A DNA stretch of 27,060 bases from an uncultured bacterium (GTDB taxonomy: Bacteria > Gemmatimonadota > Gemmatimonadetes > Gemmatimonadales > Gemmatimonadaceae): the NCBI GenBank assembly GCA_963978095.1, contig CAXBQP010000045.1, forward strand, positions 1 to 27,060, given 5' to 3'. Made by a program: the position numbers and the translations under genes. The notes under the pieces are model-generated. The model was not told the DNA's origin and did no database searches. It saw only the letters and a program-made list of their open reading frames with translations. Of the stretch, positions 17,314 through 25,192 are shown piece after piece (the first letter of the stretch is position 1; each line of letters starts with the position of its first letter).

Positions 17314-19839
17314 TCAGCCGCACTCGCTGAAGCCACAGACGTGGCACTTCACGCAGCCTTCGGCGTACTCGAGTTGAGAGCCGCAATCCGGGCAGGTCCC
17401 GATAAAGGCTTCGGCATTGTCCCCACCGGCGCTGAACATGGCGACCTGCTCCAGGCCCCCGCTGCTCGTCCGAACGACCGCCTCGATCGGACGCGACGCG
17501 CTGCTCGGGTGCTGCGTCGACATGACCTGCTGATTGCTGAGGAGTTCCTGTTGGACGCCCTGCTTCATGCGCATCCAGTCTTCGAGCGCCAAGCCGATCG
17601 CGTCCGGCACGGACAGCACCTTGTTCGGTCCGAGGCCGACGGCCTTGTCGGAACTGATGCCACGCAGCTGGCGGTGGATCTCATTGAGCGAGATGCCGGA
17701 GCGCAGCGAGAGCGAGATCATGCGGCCCATCGCCTCGGCGTCTGCCATCGCAGAACCGCCTGCCTTCCCGAGGTTGATGAAGACCTCGAACGGCTGCCCC
17801 TTCTCGTCTTCGGTGATGTGCGCAAAGAGCACGCCGAGCGGGGTTTCCTTCTTGATGCTGGTGGAGCGGAGCGGCGTGTCGGGACGCGCGCGCTTCTGAC
17901 GGCGCTGGAGATTCTCGGCCTCCGCGTCGAACAGCAACTTCTTGAGGCGCTCGTTCTCGGAGCTGAACTCCGCCAGCTGGCCATGCAGCTCGGCGATCTC
18001 ACGCTTCGACTCGGCGCTCGGCGCGGCTTCGCCCTTGCGCTCGGCCTTGGCGGTCTCGGTGGCACCAGTGCTGAGGACCTGCCCGTCGCGCGAGCCGTCG
18101 CGATACACGGTGACGCCCTTGCAGTGCATCTTCCACGCGAGCGTGTAGATGTCGCGGACGTCCTCCTTGGTCGCGGTGTGGGCGAAGTTGGTGGTCTTGG
18201 AGATGGCCGAGTCGCAGTGCTCCTGGAAGGCGGCCTGCATCTTTACGTGCCATTCCGGGGCGATCAGGTTGGCCGTGACGAAGACCTTCTGCCACTTGGC
18301 CGGGACCTCCGGATGCGCCACGGTGCCGGTCTTGGCGATGCGCTCCATGAGCGCCTCACTGTACCACCCTTCCGACTTGGCAATCGCGACGAAGTCCTCG
18401 TTCACATCCGGCATCATGACGCCGGCCTGGTTGCGCATGAAGGCGACCGCGAAGAGCGGCTCGAGCCCGGACGAGCAGCCCGCGATGATCGAAATGGTGC
18501 CCGTCGGCGCGACGGTCGTGACGTTGCAGTTACGCAGCATCTGCATCGGGCGGATGCGATTGCCCTCGGCGTCGCGCGCGCAGGTCTCGTCCGGACCCCA
18601 GATGCTCTGGCTCCACTCGGGGAAGGCGCCGCGCTGCTTGGCCAAGCGCTCGCTCTCCTTCTTCCCTTCGACGTCCAGGAACTCCATCACGCGCTTGCCG
18701 AACGCCACACCTTCCGGCGTGTCGTAGGCGATGCCGAGACGGATGAGCGCGTCGGCAAAGCCCATCACCCCCAAGCCGATGCGACGGATTCGCTTGGACA
18801 GCGCGTCGATCTCCGGCAGCGGGTACTTGTTGACATCGATGATGTTGTCCAAGAAGTGCGTGCTGCGATGAATGTCGGCGGCGAACGCCGTCCAGTTCAT
18901 CTCGCCGTTCTCCACGTAGTACCCGACGTTCACGGAGCCCAGGTTGCACACGTCGTACGGAAGGAGCGGCTGCTCGCCACACGGGTTGGTGGCCTCGTAA
19001 TCGCCGAGGTGCGGCACCGGGTTGTAACGGTTCGCCTCGTCGATGAAGAACACCCCCGGCTCACCGGTGCGCCACGCGCCGGTGATCATCTTGTCCCACA
19101 CCTCCGCCGCCTTGAGCTGCCCCGTCACCTTCTTGCTGACCGGGTCCACCAAGTCATACTCGGCGTTCGCTTCGAGCGCCCGCATGAAAGCGTCGGTCAC
19201 GCCAACGGAGATGTTGAAGTTCACGACCTTCGTGAGGTCTTCCTTGCACGCGATGAAGTCCAGGATGTCCGGATGATCCACGCGGAGAATGCCCATGTTG
19301 GCACCACGGCGCGTGCCCCCCTGCTTCACGGCATCGGTGCTGGCATCATACAGATTCATGAAGCTGATCGGGCCGCTCGCCACACCGGTCGTCGAGCGCA
19401 CCATCGAGCCCTTGGCGCGAATACGGCTGAAGGAAAAGCCCGTGCCGCCGCCACTCTGATGGATGAGCGCCATCGACCGCAGCGTGTCATAGATGCCCGC
19501 ATGCCCGTTCGACAACGCATCGTCCACCGGCAACACGAAGCACGCCGACAGCTGCCCCAGCGGACGACCCGCGTTCATGAGCGTCGGCGAGTTCGGCTCG
19601 AACCGGCGCTGCGTCATCAACTCATAAAAGGTATTCGCCGTCGCTTGGATCTCGGCATCGCTATGCCCGTAGCGGCGATCAGCCTCGGCGACCACCGTCG
19701 CCACACGCCAAAACATGTCCTCCGGCGTCTCGGTCGGCTTCCCCGATTTGTCCTTCACCAAATACCGCTTCTCGAGCACGGTACGGGCATTCTGCGACAG
19801 CGAGGCGGGAGAAGCGGGGGGGGTGGTCGGCAACGGCAT
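17314..19839 (-). CDS. nrdJ: Class II adenosylcobalamin-dependent ribonucleoside-diphosphate reductase with C-terminal TSCPD-like domain and Cys-rich tail
   Basis: PNSPTLMNAG, QLSACFV, QGGTRRGANM, NFNISV, GEPG, active-site TNPCGEQ, CNLGS, RRIGLGVMG, TVAPTGTIS, DSAISKT, KGVTVYRDGSR. SVPDAI in the C-terminal domain and a CPDC...EGCVKCHVCGFSECG tail. No ATP-cone. ATG 19839 preferred (GGAG upstream); the track start is 19872. Confidence 0.95.
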   Translation of the reverse strand: MPLPTTPPASPASLSQNARTVLEKRYLVKDKSGKPTETPEDMFWRVATVVAEADRRYGHSDAEIQATANTFYELMTQRRFEPNSPTLMNAGRPLGQLSACFVLPVDDALSNGHAGIYDTLRSMALIHQSGGGTGFSFSRIRAKGSMVRSTTGVASGPISFMNLYDASTDAVKQGGTRRGANMGILRVDHPDILDFIACKEDLTKVVNFNISVGVTDAFMRALEANAEYDLVDPVSKKVTGQLKAAEVWDKMITGAWRTGEPGVFFIDEANRYNPVPHLGDYEATNPCGEQPLLPYDVCNLGSVNVGYYVENGEMNWTAFAADIHRSTHFLDNIIDVNKYPLPEIDALSKRIRRIGLGVMGFADALIRLGIAYDTPEGVAFGKRVMEFLDVEGKKESERLAKQRGAFPEWSQSIWGPDETCARDAEGNRIRPMQMLRNCNVTTVAPTGTISIIAGCSSGLEPLFAVAFMRNQAGVMMPDVNEDFVAIAKSEGWYSEALMERIAKTGTVAHPEVPAKWQKVFVTANLIAPEWHVKMQAAFQEHCDSAISKTTNFAHTATKEDVRDIYTLAWKMHCKGVTVYRDGSRDGQVLSTGATETAKAERKGEAAPSAESKREIAELHGQLAEFSSENERLKKLLFDAEAENLQRRQKRARPDTPLRSTSIKKETPLGVLFAHITEDEKGQPFEVFINLGKAGGSAMADAEAMGRMISLSLRSGISLNEIHRQLRGISSDKAVGLGPNKVLSVPDAIGLALEDWMRMKQGVQQELLSNQQVMSTQHPSSASRPIEAVVRTSSGGLEQVAMFSAGGDNAEAFIGTCPDCGSQLEYAEGCVKCHVCGFSECG

Positions 19840-20047
19840 TTTCAAGAGCTCCCGAGGTGATGATTGGATCACAACATGTCAACGTATGTCCTGCATCTGC
19901 CCGGAGTCCGGTGGGCTCACGTCGCAGAAGACTTCACTTTCACTTACCACCGGCCGGTGGCCAATACTGTCCTGCCAAACCACCAGTTTCTCAACACTTG
20001 TGCAGCGGGAACTCAAGGTACGGGCGCGCGTGTTTCCGCGCCACAAC

Positions 20048-20080
20048 TTTGTAAATCATTACATAACAACGAGTTACAAA
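20048..20080. promoter_or_regulatory. AT-rich 33-bp imperfect inverted repeat, putative protein-binding or recombination site
   Basis: TTTGTAAATCATT-ACATAAC-AACGAGTTACAAA: 13-bp arms, 11/13 complementary, 7-bp spacer. Confidence 0.55.
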
Positions 20081-20400
20081 TGTCACGTCACAGAATGACA
20101 ACAAAAGACGAGATGCACATTCAACTCCCGCAAAGATCCGAACTGTCGCATTTCACAACATGAAGCCGCCAGTGCTACGACACCCGAAGGTACGCCGATC
20201 GGAAACTGCACGTCGGCCAGACACCCGCGGCTTTCTGACCGCATCCTGACCCGCGGATTTTCCAACTCCGAGCGGGGACGCATCATAGGCAATCGCGGCA
20301 CGTGGCGGAAGGGACTTGCTCGCTCGCACGTGACCCATTATCGCCGCACCGCAGACCTCGGCGCGCCCCTGCGGCACCCCGTGCGCCACGCAGCGGTCCG

Positions 20401-21759
20401 CTAGTTGGTCGAGTCGGGGATCTCCACCGGAATGCGCACCGTGAAGGTACTCCCCGCTCCCAGCACGCTCTCGACCGCGATCGTTCCCCCTTGCTGTTCG
20501 GCGAGTCTCGCCGAGAGCGCGAGGCCTAGCCCGCTCCCGCCGAAGCGACGCGCCACTCCCCCCTCCAACTGCTCGAACGGGTGGAACAATCGCGGCAGAT
20601 TCTCGGCGGCGATGCCGATGCCGGTGTCCTGGACCACGACGACAAGCATGCCGTCGGACGGCTCCACACTCGCGCGCAGCAGGATCCGCCCCCCCGCCAT
20701 GGTGAACTTCACGGCGTTGCGCATCAAGTTCGCGATGATCTGCTTGAGCGCACGACCATCGGCCAGCACGATGTCGGGACACGCCAGATCAACCGTGAGG
20801 GTGAGCGACTTCTTGCTGGCCGGCTCACGCACCACGTAGACCGCGGCATTGAGCACGTCCCGCATCGCGACCTCGCGCCGCTCGACATGCCGATTGCCGG
20901 TCTCGATGCGGCTGAGATCGAGAATGTCATTGATGAGCGCCAACAGCAATCGTCCCGATTCCACCACGTCGTTCACGCTGGCCAACTGGCGTGCATTGAG
21001 CGGACCGGGCCCTTGGTCGCGCAAGGTCTCACTCATGCCAAGGATGGCATTGAGCGGGGTCCGGAGTTCGTGACTCATGGAGGCCACGAACTCGCTTTTG
21101 GCGCGGGCGGCCTGCTCGGCGAGCACCAGCGCCGCGCGCAGCTCCTCTTCGGCCGCCTCTCGCTGCGTGACGTCCCGGACGATGGCGGTCATGTACAGCG
21201 CGCCACCGCTGACCACTTTGGAGAGCGAGGCTTCGACGTGCACCTCGGTGCCGTCCTTGCGACGTGCCGCCACCACCGAGCGCTGTTGCATGGCCTTGTG
21301 GCGAATGCTCGAGCGTTGGAACCCGGCGACATGGCCCGCATGGGCTTCCCGCACCCGGTCCGGCAGCAGGACCGAGAGCGGCTGACCGATGATCTCGTCC
21401 GCGCGCCAGCCGAACAGCTGTTCGGCGCCGGTGGAGAAGATCACCACGCGCTGGTGCGCATCCACCGTCACGATCGCGTCGATGGATCCGTCGAGCACGC
21501 CCTGGAGCAGCGCGGCGCGCGCGCGATCGCCCTCCGCCGCGGCACGCAGCGGGGCGGCGACCACCCACCACAGGATCGGTGCACACCCCAGCGCCAGCAG
21601 CCCCGCGTCGACGAGCATCGTGACCCCGGGGGACAGCGGCCGGAACAGCGGCAACAGCCACATGACACCCAGCTCCACCACGAACACGCTCGCGAGCACC
21701 TGCAGGAACATCCGACGCAGCTGGAGTGAACCGCCCAGTCCGGGAGGGCGCCTCGTCAC
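20401..21759 (-). CDS. Membrane-anchored PAS-domain sensor histidine kinase without receiver domain
   Basis: Two N-terminal TM segments. PAS/PAC (DAIVTVD...AEQLFGW...IIGQPLSVLLP...RRKDG...IVRDVT). H-box FVASMSHELRTPLNAILG, N-box NLMRNAVKFT, G1 DTGIGI, G2 GGSGLGL. Confidence 0.95.
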   Translation of the reverse strand: MTRRPPGLGGSLQLRRMFLQVLASVFVVELGVMWLLPLFRPLSPGVTMLVDAGLLALGCAPILWWVVAAPLRAAAEGDRARAALLQGVLDGSIDAIVTVDAHQRVVIFSTGAEQLFGWRADEIIGQPLSVLLPDRVREAHAGHVAGFQRSSIRHKAMQQRSVVAARRKDGTEVHVEASLSKVVSGGALYMTAIVRDVTQREAAEEELRAALVLAEQAARAKSEFVASMSHELRTPLNAILGMSETLRDQGPGPLNARQLASVNDVVESGRLLLALINDILDLSRIETGNRHVERREVAMRDVLNAAVYVVREPASKKSLTLTVDLACPDIVLADGRALKQIIANLMRNAVKFTMAGGRILLRASVEPSDGMLVVVVQDTGIGIAAENLPRLFHPFEQLEGGVARRFGGSGLGLALSARLAEQQGGTIAVESVLGAGSTFTVRIPVEIPDSTN

Positions 21760-21763
21760 GTGG

Positions 21764-22270
21764 TCACCGATGCCGCGGGAACTCGTCCGCGCGGTGCCGT
21801 TCCTTCAGCTGCAGATATGCGTGATGGCCCGCGTCGAGCCTCTCGCGGTGTGCCTCGCGCAACGGACGCACCGTGGCCGGGACGCCAACGGCCAAGCTGC
21901 CCGGCGGGATCACCATCCCCTCGGGCACCAAGGCCCCGGCACCGACGATCGAGCCGGCGCCGACGACGGCGCGGTTCAGCACGATGGCTCCGATGCCGAT
22001 GAGACTGCCGTCCTCCACGGTCGCGCCATGCACCACGGCCCGATGCCCAACCGTGACCCGCGCCCCGATGGTGCATGGCACCCCGGGATCGCAGTGCAGC
22101 ACCGCGCCATCCTGCACGTTGCTGCCGTCGCCGATGCGGATCCGGTCCGAATCGGCGCGCACGACCGCTCCGGGCCAGATGCTCACGTGACGGCCGAACA
22201 CGACGTCGCCAAGGACCACGGCGGAGTCATGGATGAACGGACGTGACGCCACGTCAGACGACTCGGACAT
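21764..22270 (-). CDS. Gamma-carbonic anhydrase family (YrdA/PaaY-like) hexapeptide-repeat protein
   Basis: Left-handed beta-helix repeats. VVRAD, GSNVQDGAVLH and VTVGHRAVVHG supply the three metal-binding His positions. Confidence 0.93.
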   Translation of the reverse strand: MSESSDVASRPFIHDSAVVLGDVVFGRHVSIWPGAVVRADSDRIRIGDGSNVQDGAVLHCDPGVPCTIGARVTVGHRAVVHGATVEDGSLIGIGAIVLNRAVVGAGSIVGAGALVPEGMVIPPGSLAVGVPATVRPLREAHRERLDAGHHAYLQLKERHRADEFPRHR

Positions 22271-25192
22271 TCAGAACGCGGTCCCCAGGGAAAAGTAGGC
22301 GGCGACGGTCCGTCCACCGGCGTATCGACTGTTCACCAGCGGTGCGGCCACACCAAGTCGAAACCGGTACGGATGATCGTATTGCAGGGCGCTGTCGAAC
22401 TGCAGTTCCGCTCCGACACTCTGCATCCAGTCGCGTGCGCTGCCTTTTCCGCCACACACCGTGGAATTGGTGGTGCCGGCCGGACACCACGCCGATGCCG
22501 CGTCCGTGAACGCGGTGAGATTCACTTTCTGCAGGAAGACGGGCAGCAGCAGCCATCCCGCGTGTGGTTGCGCGAGCGGCACGCGCAGTTCGGCGCTGCC
22601 TCCGATGGCGCTGGTGCCCACCTGAGCCGCGGCGGGAAATCCACGGACGAAGAAGGTCCGTCGCCCCTCGCCGACCGTGATCCCGGGAACCACGGCGAGG
22701 ACCCCCCCACTGCCGCCACCCGCCTCGAGCGAGGTCGCGCTCTTGTCGTCCGCCCAGCCGGCCGCCACGCGCGCGGCGAAGACCGCGTGTGCGGGCCCAC
22801 CAACGTCGAGCGCCCTGAAGAGCTGCGCGTACCCGATGACGCTGGTGGAGCGGGTGCTCGCCGCGGCATCCGAGCGCCAGCGTTGGCGGATCGTGCCCGC
22901 GACCTGAAAGCCGTCCTCGGGGGAGATGCCGAGTGCGGTCGACCGGGCATTCCCGAAACCGGCGTTGATGGTGAACGCGGGGTAACTGTAGCTTCGCGCG
23001 TAGCTGCTGCCGAGCCGAGCCAGCACCGACGACGGGGTCGTGTCGAAATCGCGGAGTTCCATGTCGACGCCGATACCGACATAAGCGTTGCTGCGATACC
23101 GCGCACGACTCGCGGTGATCGACGCGCCGGCGAATCGCTTCCGACGCGAGAGTGTCCCGAGGAAGCGGCGCGCGGAATCGGCGACGGCGAAATGATCCCA
23201 CTCGGCGCGACTGGCGAGTCCCATCGTCGGATTGCCGAGGCCTGCATAGATGTAGGAGAGATCCCAACTGGTCTCGGATCGCCCGAAATCGCGCGCGAGC
23301 ATCGCGTCATAGGCGTGGCGGCCGATCGCATCCGTTCCGCTGGTCAGGACTCCCCAGCTGATGTGCTGATCGTCACTCGTCGTGGCCGCCGGCAGCCAAT
23401 ACGTCGGGCGCAGCGTACGCCACGGGGCGTAGGTGACGCTCGGGGCCTGTGCGGCGGTGATGGTGAGGGCGGTATCCCCGCGCGACGGGGCGAAGACGTT
23501 GCTGCTGTCGGCGACGACGGACGCCGATGGCGTCGGGAAGGTGGCGACGTGATAGCCGTCGCCGCGGAACTCCAGCGTGGCGATCCGCGTGCCATCGGGA
23601 CTCACCTCACTTTCGAACAGGCCCGTCGGGCTCTCCGCAATGCGCACGATGCCGCCGTTGGCGAGCTCCACCCGATACAACGCCGCACGCCCCGTGCGGT
23701 CGCTGGTGAAGTAGAGGGCTTCGTCGGCTGGTCCCCAGCTGGGCGCTCCGGTCACGCCGCGGGCCCGCGCGTAGGAGCGCATGATTTGTCCGCGGGCGTC
23801 GAGCACCACCAGATCGCTCACGCCGCCACGCACGCGACGCGCCGCGACGATCCGCGAACCATCGTGCGACCAGCGCGGCTCGGCCCAGATCGTGTCGAGG
23901 GCGCTCGAGGTGAGGGGCGTCATGGAATCTCCGGTGACCAACACGAGACGACTGCTCCCCGGGGTGAGTTGTACCGCGACCGTGCGCGGGACGCATGCCC
24001 CCTCGGGCGCGGCACAGCGGGCATCGGGTTGCACGAGCCGGGCCCCCGTGGTGAGCCGCACCGTGGAATCGCCGGACTCCAGATACAGGTCGCTGCGCAC
24101 CGTGTAGGGATCCGTCAGATCTTCCTGCGCGAAGACGCGACGTCCGTCCCGCAACGGCGAGGTCGTGCCGGCGGTTGTGCGATCCGCCACGATCCGCGTC
24201 GCGCCGGTCACGGCGTCGACGGCCGCCAACGCCGGCAGGTCACGGCCCGTGTTGCTCGCGTAGAGGATCTCGCGGTTGCTGGTCCACCGCAGGCGTTCGG
24301 CGAACCATCCGCGCGTGGTCAGCAGCGTCGGACGCGCGGAGGAGGATCGTGCCCGGGCCGCGCGTTGCACGGAATCGGACCAGACGCGGAACGCGCTGCT
24401 GAAACTGATGCCGAACGCGTCCGCCGCGATGTCGTTCAGCTGGAACGGGACGCTGCGCGCGGCCGCGGTCTCGATGAACGTGCGCACGCGCCCGGCGCCC
24501 TGGGTGCGCGCGAGATAATCGATCAGGAGCGACCCATAGGCGTAGGGGAGCTGTCCGAGCGGGAACTGCGTGGTGCTCGCCGACCAGGCGTTGAGGGTCG
24601 GCGTGGTGCCGTCCCGCGCGTGCGCGCCAACGATCATCGCGTGTTCGGAGCCGAGGATTCGTCCCGCTCCCGTGAGGCGCGATTCGTAATAGACGGCGAT
24701 CCCCTCATCCATCCAGCTCGGCGTGTACGTCCCCGGAAAGAGCACCGGCGCGCGTCCGAAGAGCTGTTGCGCGACGCGCCACCAACCCGCGGAGCGGTCG
24801 AGATGGAAGAGGTGGGTCAGTTCGTGGGTGAGCACGAGATCGAACCAGTCGTCGAGGAACTTCAGGGCGGTCCCATCCACCGGAGGACGGGTGTACACCA
24901 CGATCCGATTGCTCGGAAAGATCGTCGCGTAGCCGTTGCTGTAGTCCACGTTGTCGGCGATCACCAACTCGACCGGCCCACGTGGCTCCACGAGTTCGGC
25001 GGCCAGCCGCCCCCACGCACGTTCCGCACTGCCGGCGGCACGACGCGCCACCGACTCCAGCCCGCCCGCGTACTGGACCCGGAAGTGCGCAGTCCCGAAG
25101 GTCTCCCAGTGGAGATCCGGGGCGACCTGCGCGCCGATCCCGCGCGACGCGCACAGGAGGAGCAACGCGGCCCCTGCGACACGGCGCATCAT
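22271..25192 (-). CDS. Outer-membrane protein: signal peptide, gluzincin-like HEXXH peptidase domain, PD40/TolB-like beta-propeller and Omp85-type barrel
   Basis: Signal ending RGIGA|QV. HELTH...WMDEGIAVYYES. PD40-like PRWSHDG, PSWGPAD and VSPDG. Amphipathic beta-strands, VRGF motif, and terminal YFSLGTAF. Confidence 0.8.
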   Translation of the reverse strand: MMRRVAGAALLLLCASRGIGAQVAPDLHWETFGTAHFRVQYAGGLESVARRAAGSAERAWGRLAAELVEPRGPVELVIADNVDYSNGYATIFPSNRIVVYTRPPVDGTALKFLDDWFDLVLTHELTHLFHLDRSAGWWRVAQQLFGRAPVLFPGTYTPSWMDEGIAVYYESRLTGAGRILGSEHAMIVGAHARDGTTPTLNAWSASTTQFPLGQLPYAYGSLLIDYLARTQGAGRVRTFIETAAARSVPFQLNDIAADAFGISFSSAFRVWSDSVQRAARARSSSARPTLLTTRGWFAERLRWTSNREILYASNTGRDLPALAAVDAVTGATRIVADRTTAGTTSPLRDGRRVFAQEDLTDPYTVRSDLYLESGDSTVRLTTGARLVQPDARCAAPEGACVPRTVAVQLTPGSSRLVLVTGDSMTPLTSSALDTIWAEPRWSHDGSRIVAARRVRGGVSDLVVLDARGQIMRSYARARGVTGAPSWGPADEALYFTSDRTGRAALYRVELANGGIVRIAESPTGLFESEVSPDGTRIATLEFRGDGYHVATFPTPSASVVADSSNVFAPSRGDTALTITAAQAPSVTYAPWRTLRPTYWLPAATTSDDQHISWGVLTSGTDAIGRHAYDAMLARDFGRSETSWDLSYIYAGLGNPTMGLASRAEWDHFAVADSARRFLGTLSRRKRFAGASITASRARYRSNAYVGIGVDMELRDFDTTPSSVLARLGSSYARSYSYPAFTINAGFGNARSTALGISPEDGFQVAGTIRQRWRSDAAASTRSTSVIGYAQLFRALDVGGPAHAVFAARVAAGWADDKSATSLEAGGGSGGVLAVVPGITVGEGRRTFFVRGFPAAAQVGTSAIGGSAELRVPLAQPHAGWLLLPVFLQKVNLTAFTDAASAWCPAGTTNSTVCGGKGSARDWMQSVGAELQFDSALQYDHPYRFRLGVAAPLVNSRYAGGRTVAAYFSLGTAF

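Noticed and set aside
17314..19839. Intein or intron in nrdJ
   Set aside because: The catalytic motifs are contiguous with normal spacing, and I saw no intein-type C...HN-C/S/T junctions or LAGLIDADG segment.
20048..20080. Chromosomal dif site
   Set aside because: The reverse strand contains TTATGTAA, but it falls in the spacer rather than forming the XerD arm, and the 11-6-11 layout is not met. Kept only as an unassigned inverted repeat.
19857..20301. Small ORFs in the nrdJ-kinase intergenic region (19857-20054, 19864-20163, 20083-20301)
   Set aside because: Atypical codon usage, no clear RBS and no motifs; the region is better explained as regulatory DNA.
19873..20400. Cobalamin riboswitch upstream of B12-dependent nrdJ
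   Set aside because: No convincing B12-box or GCCACTG/GGGAAG core in the sense (minus) orientation; only scattered partial look-alikes on the opposite strand.
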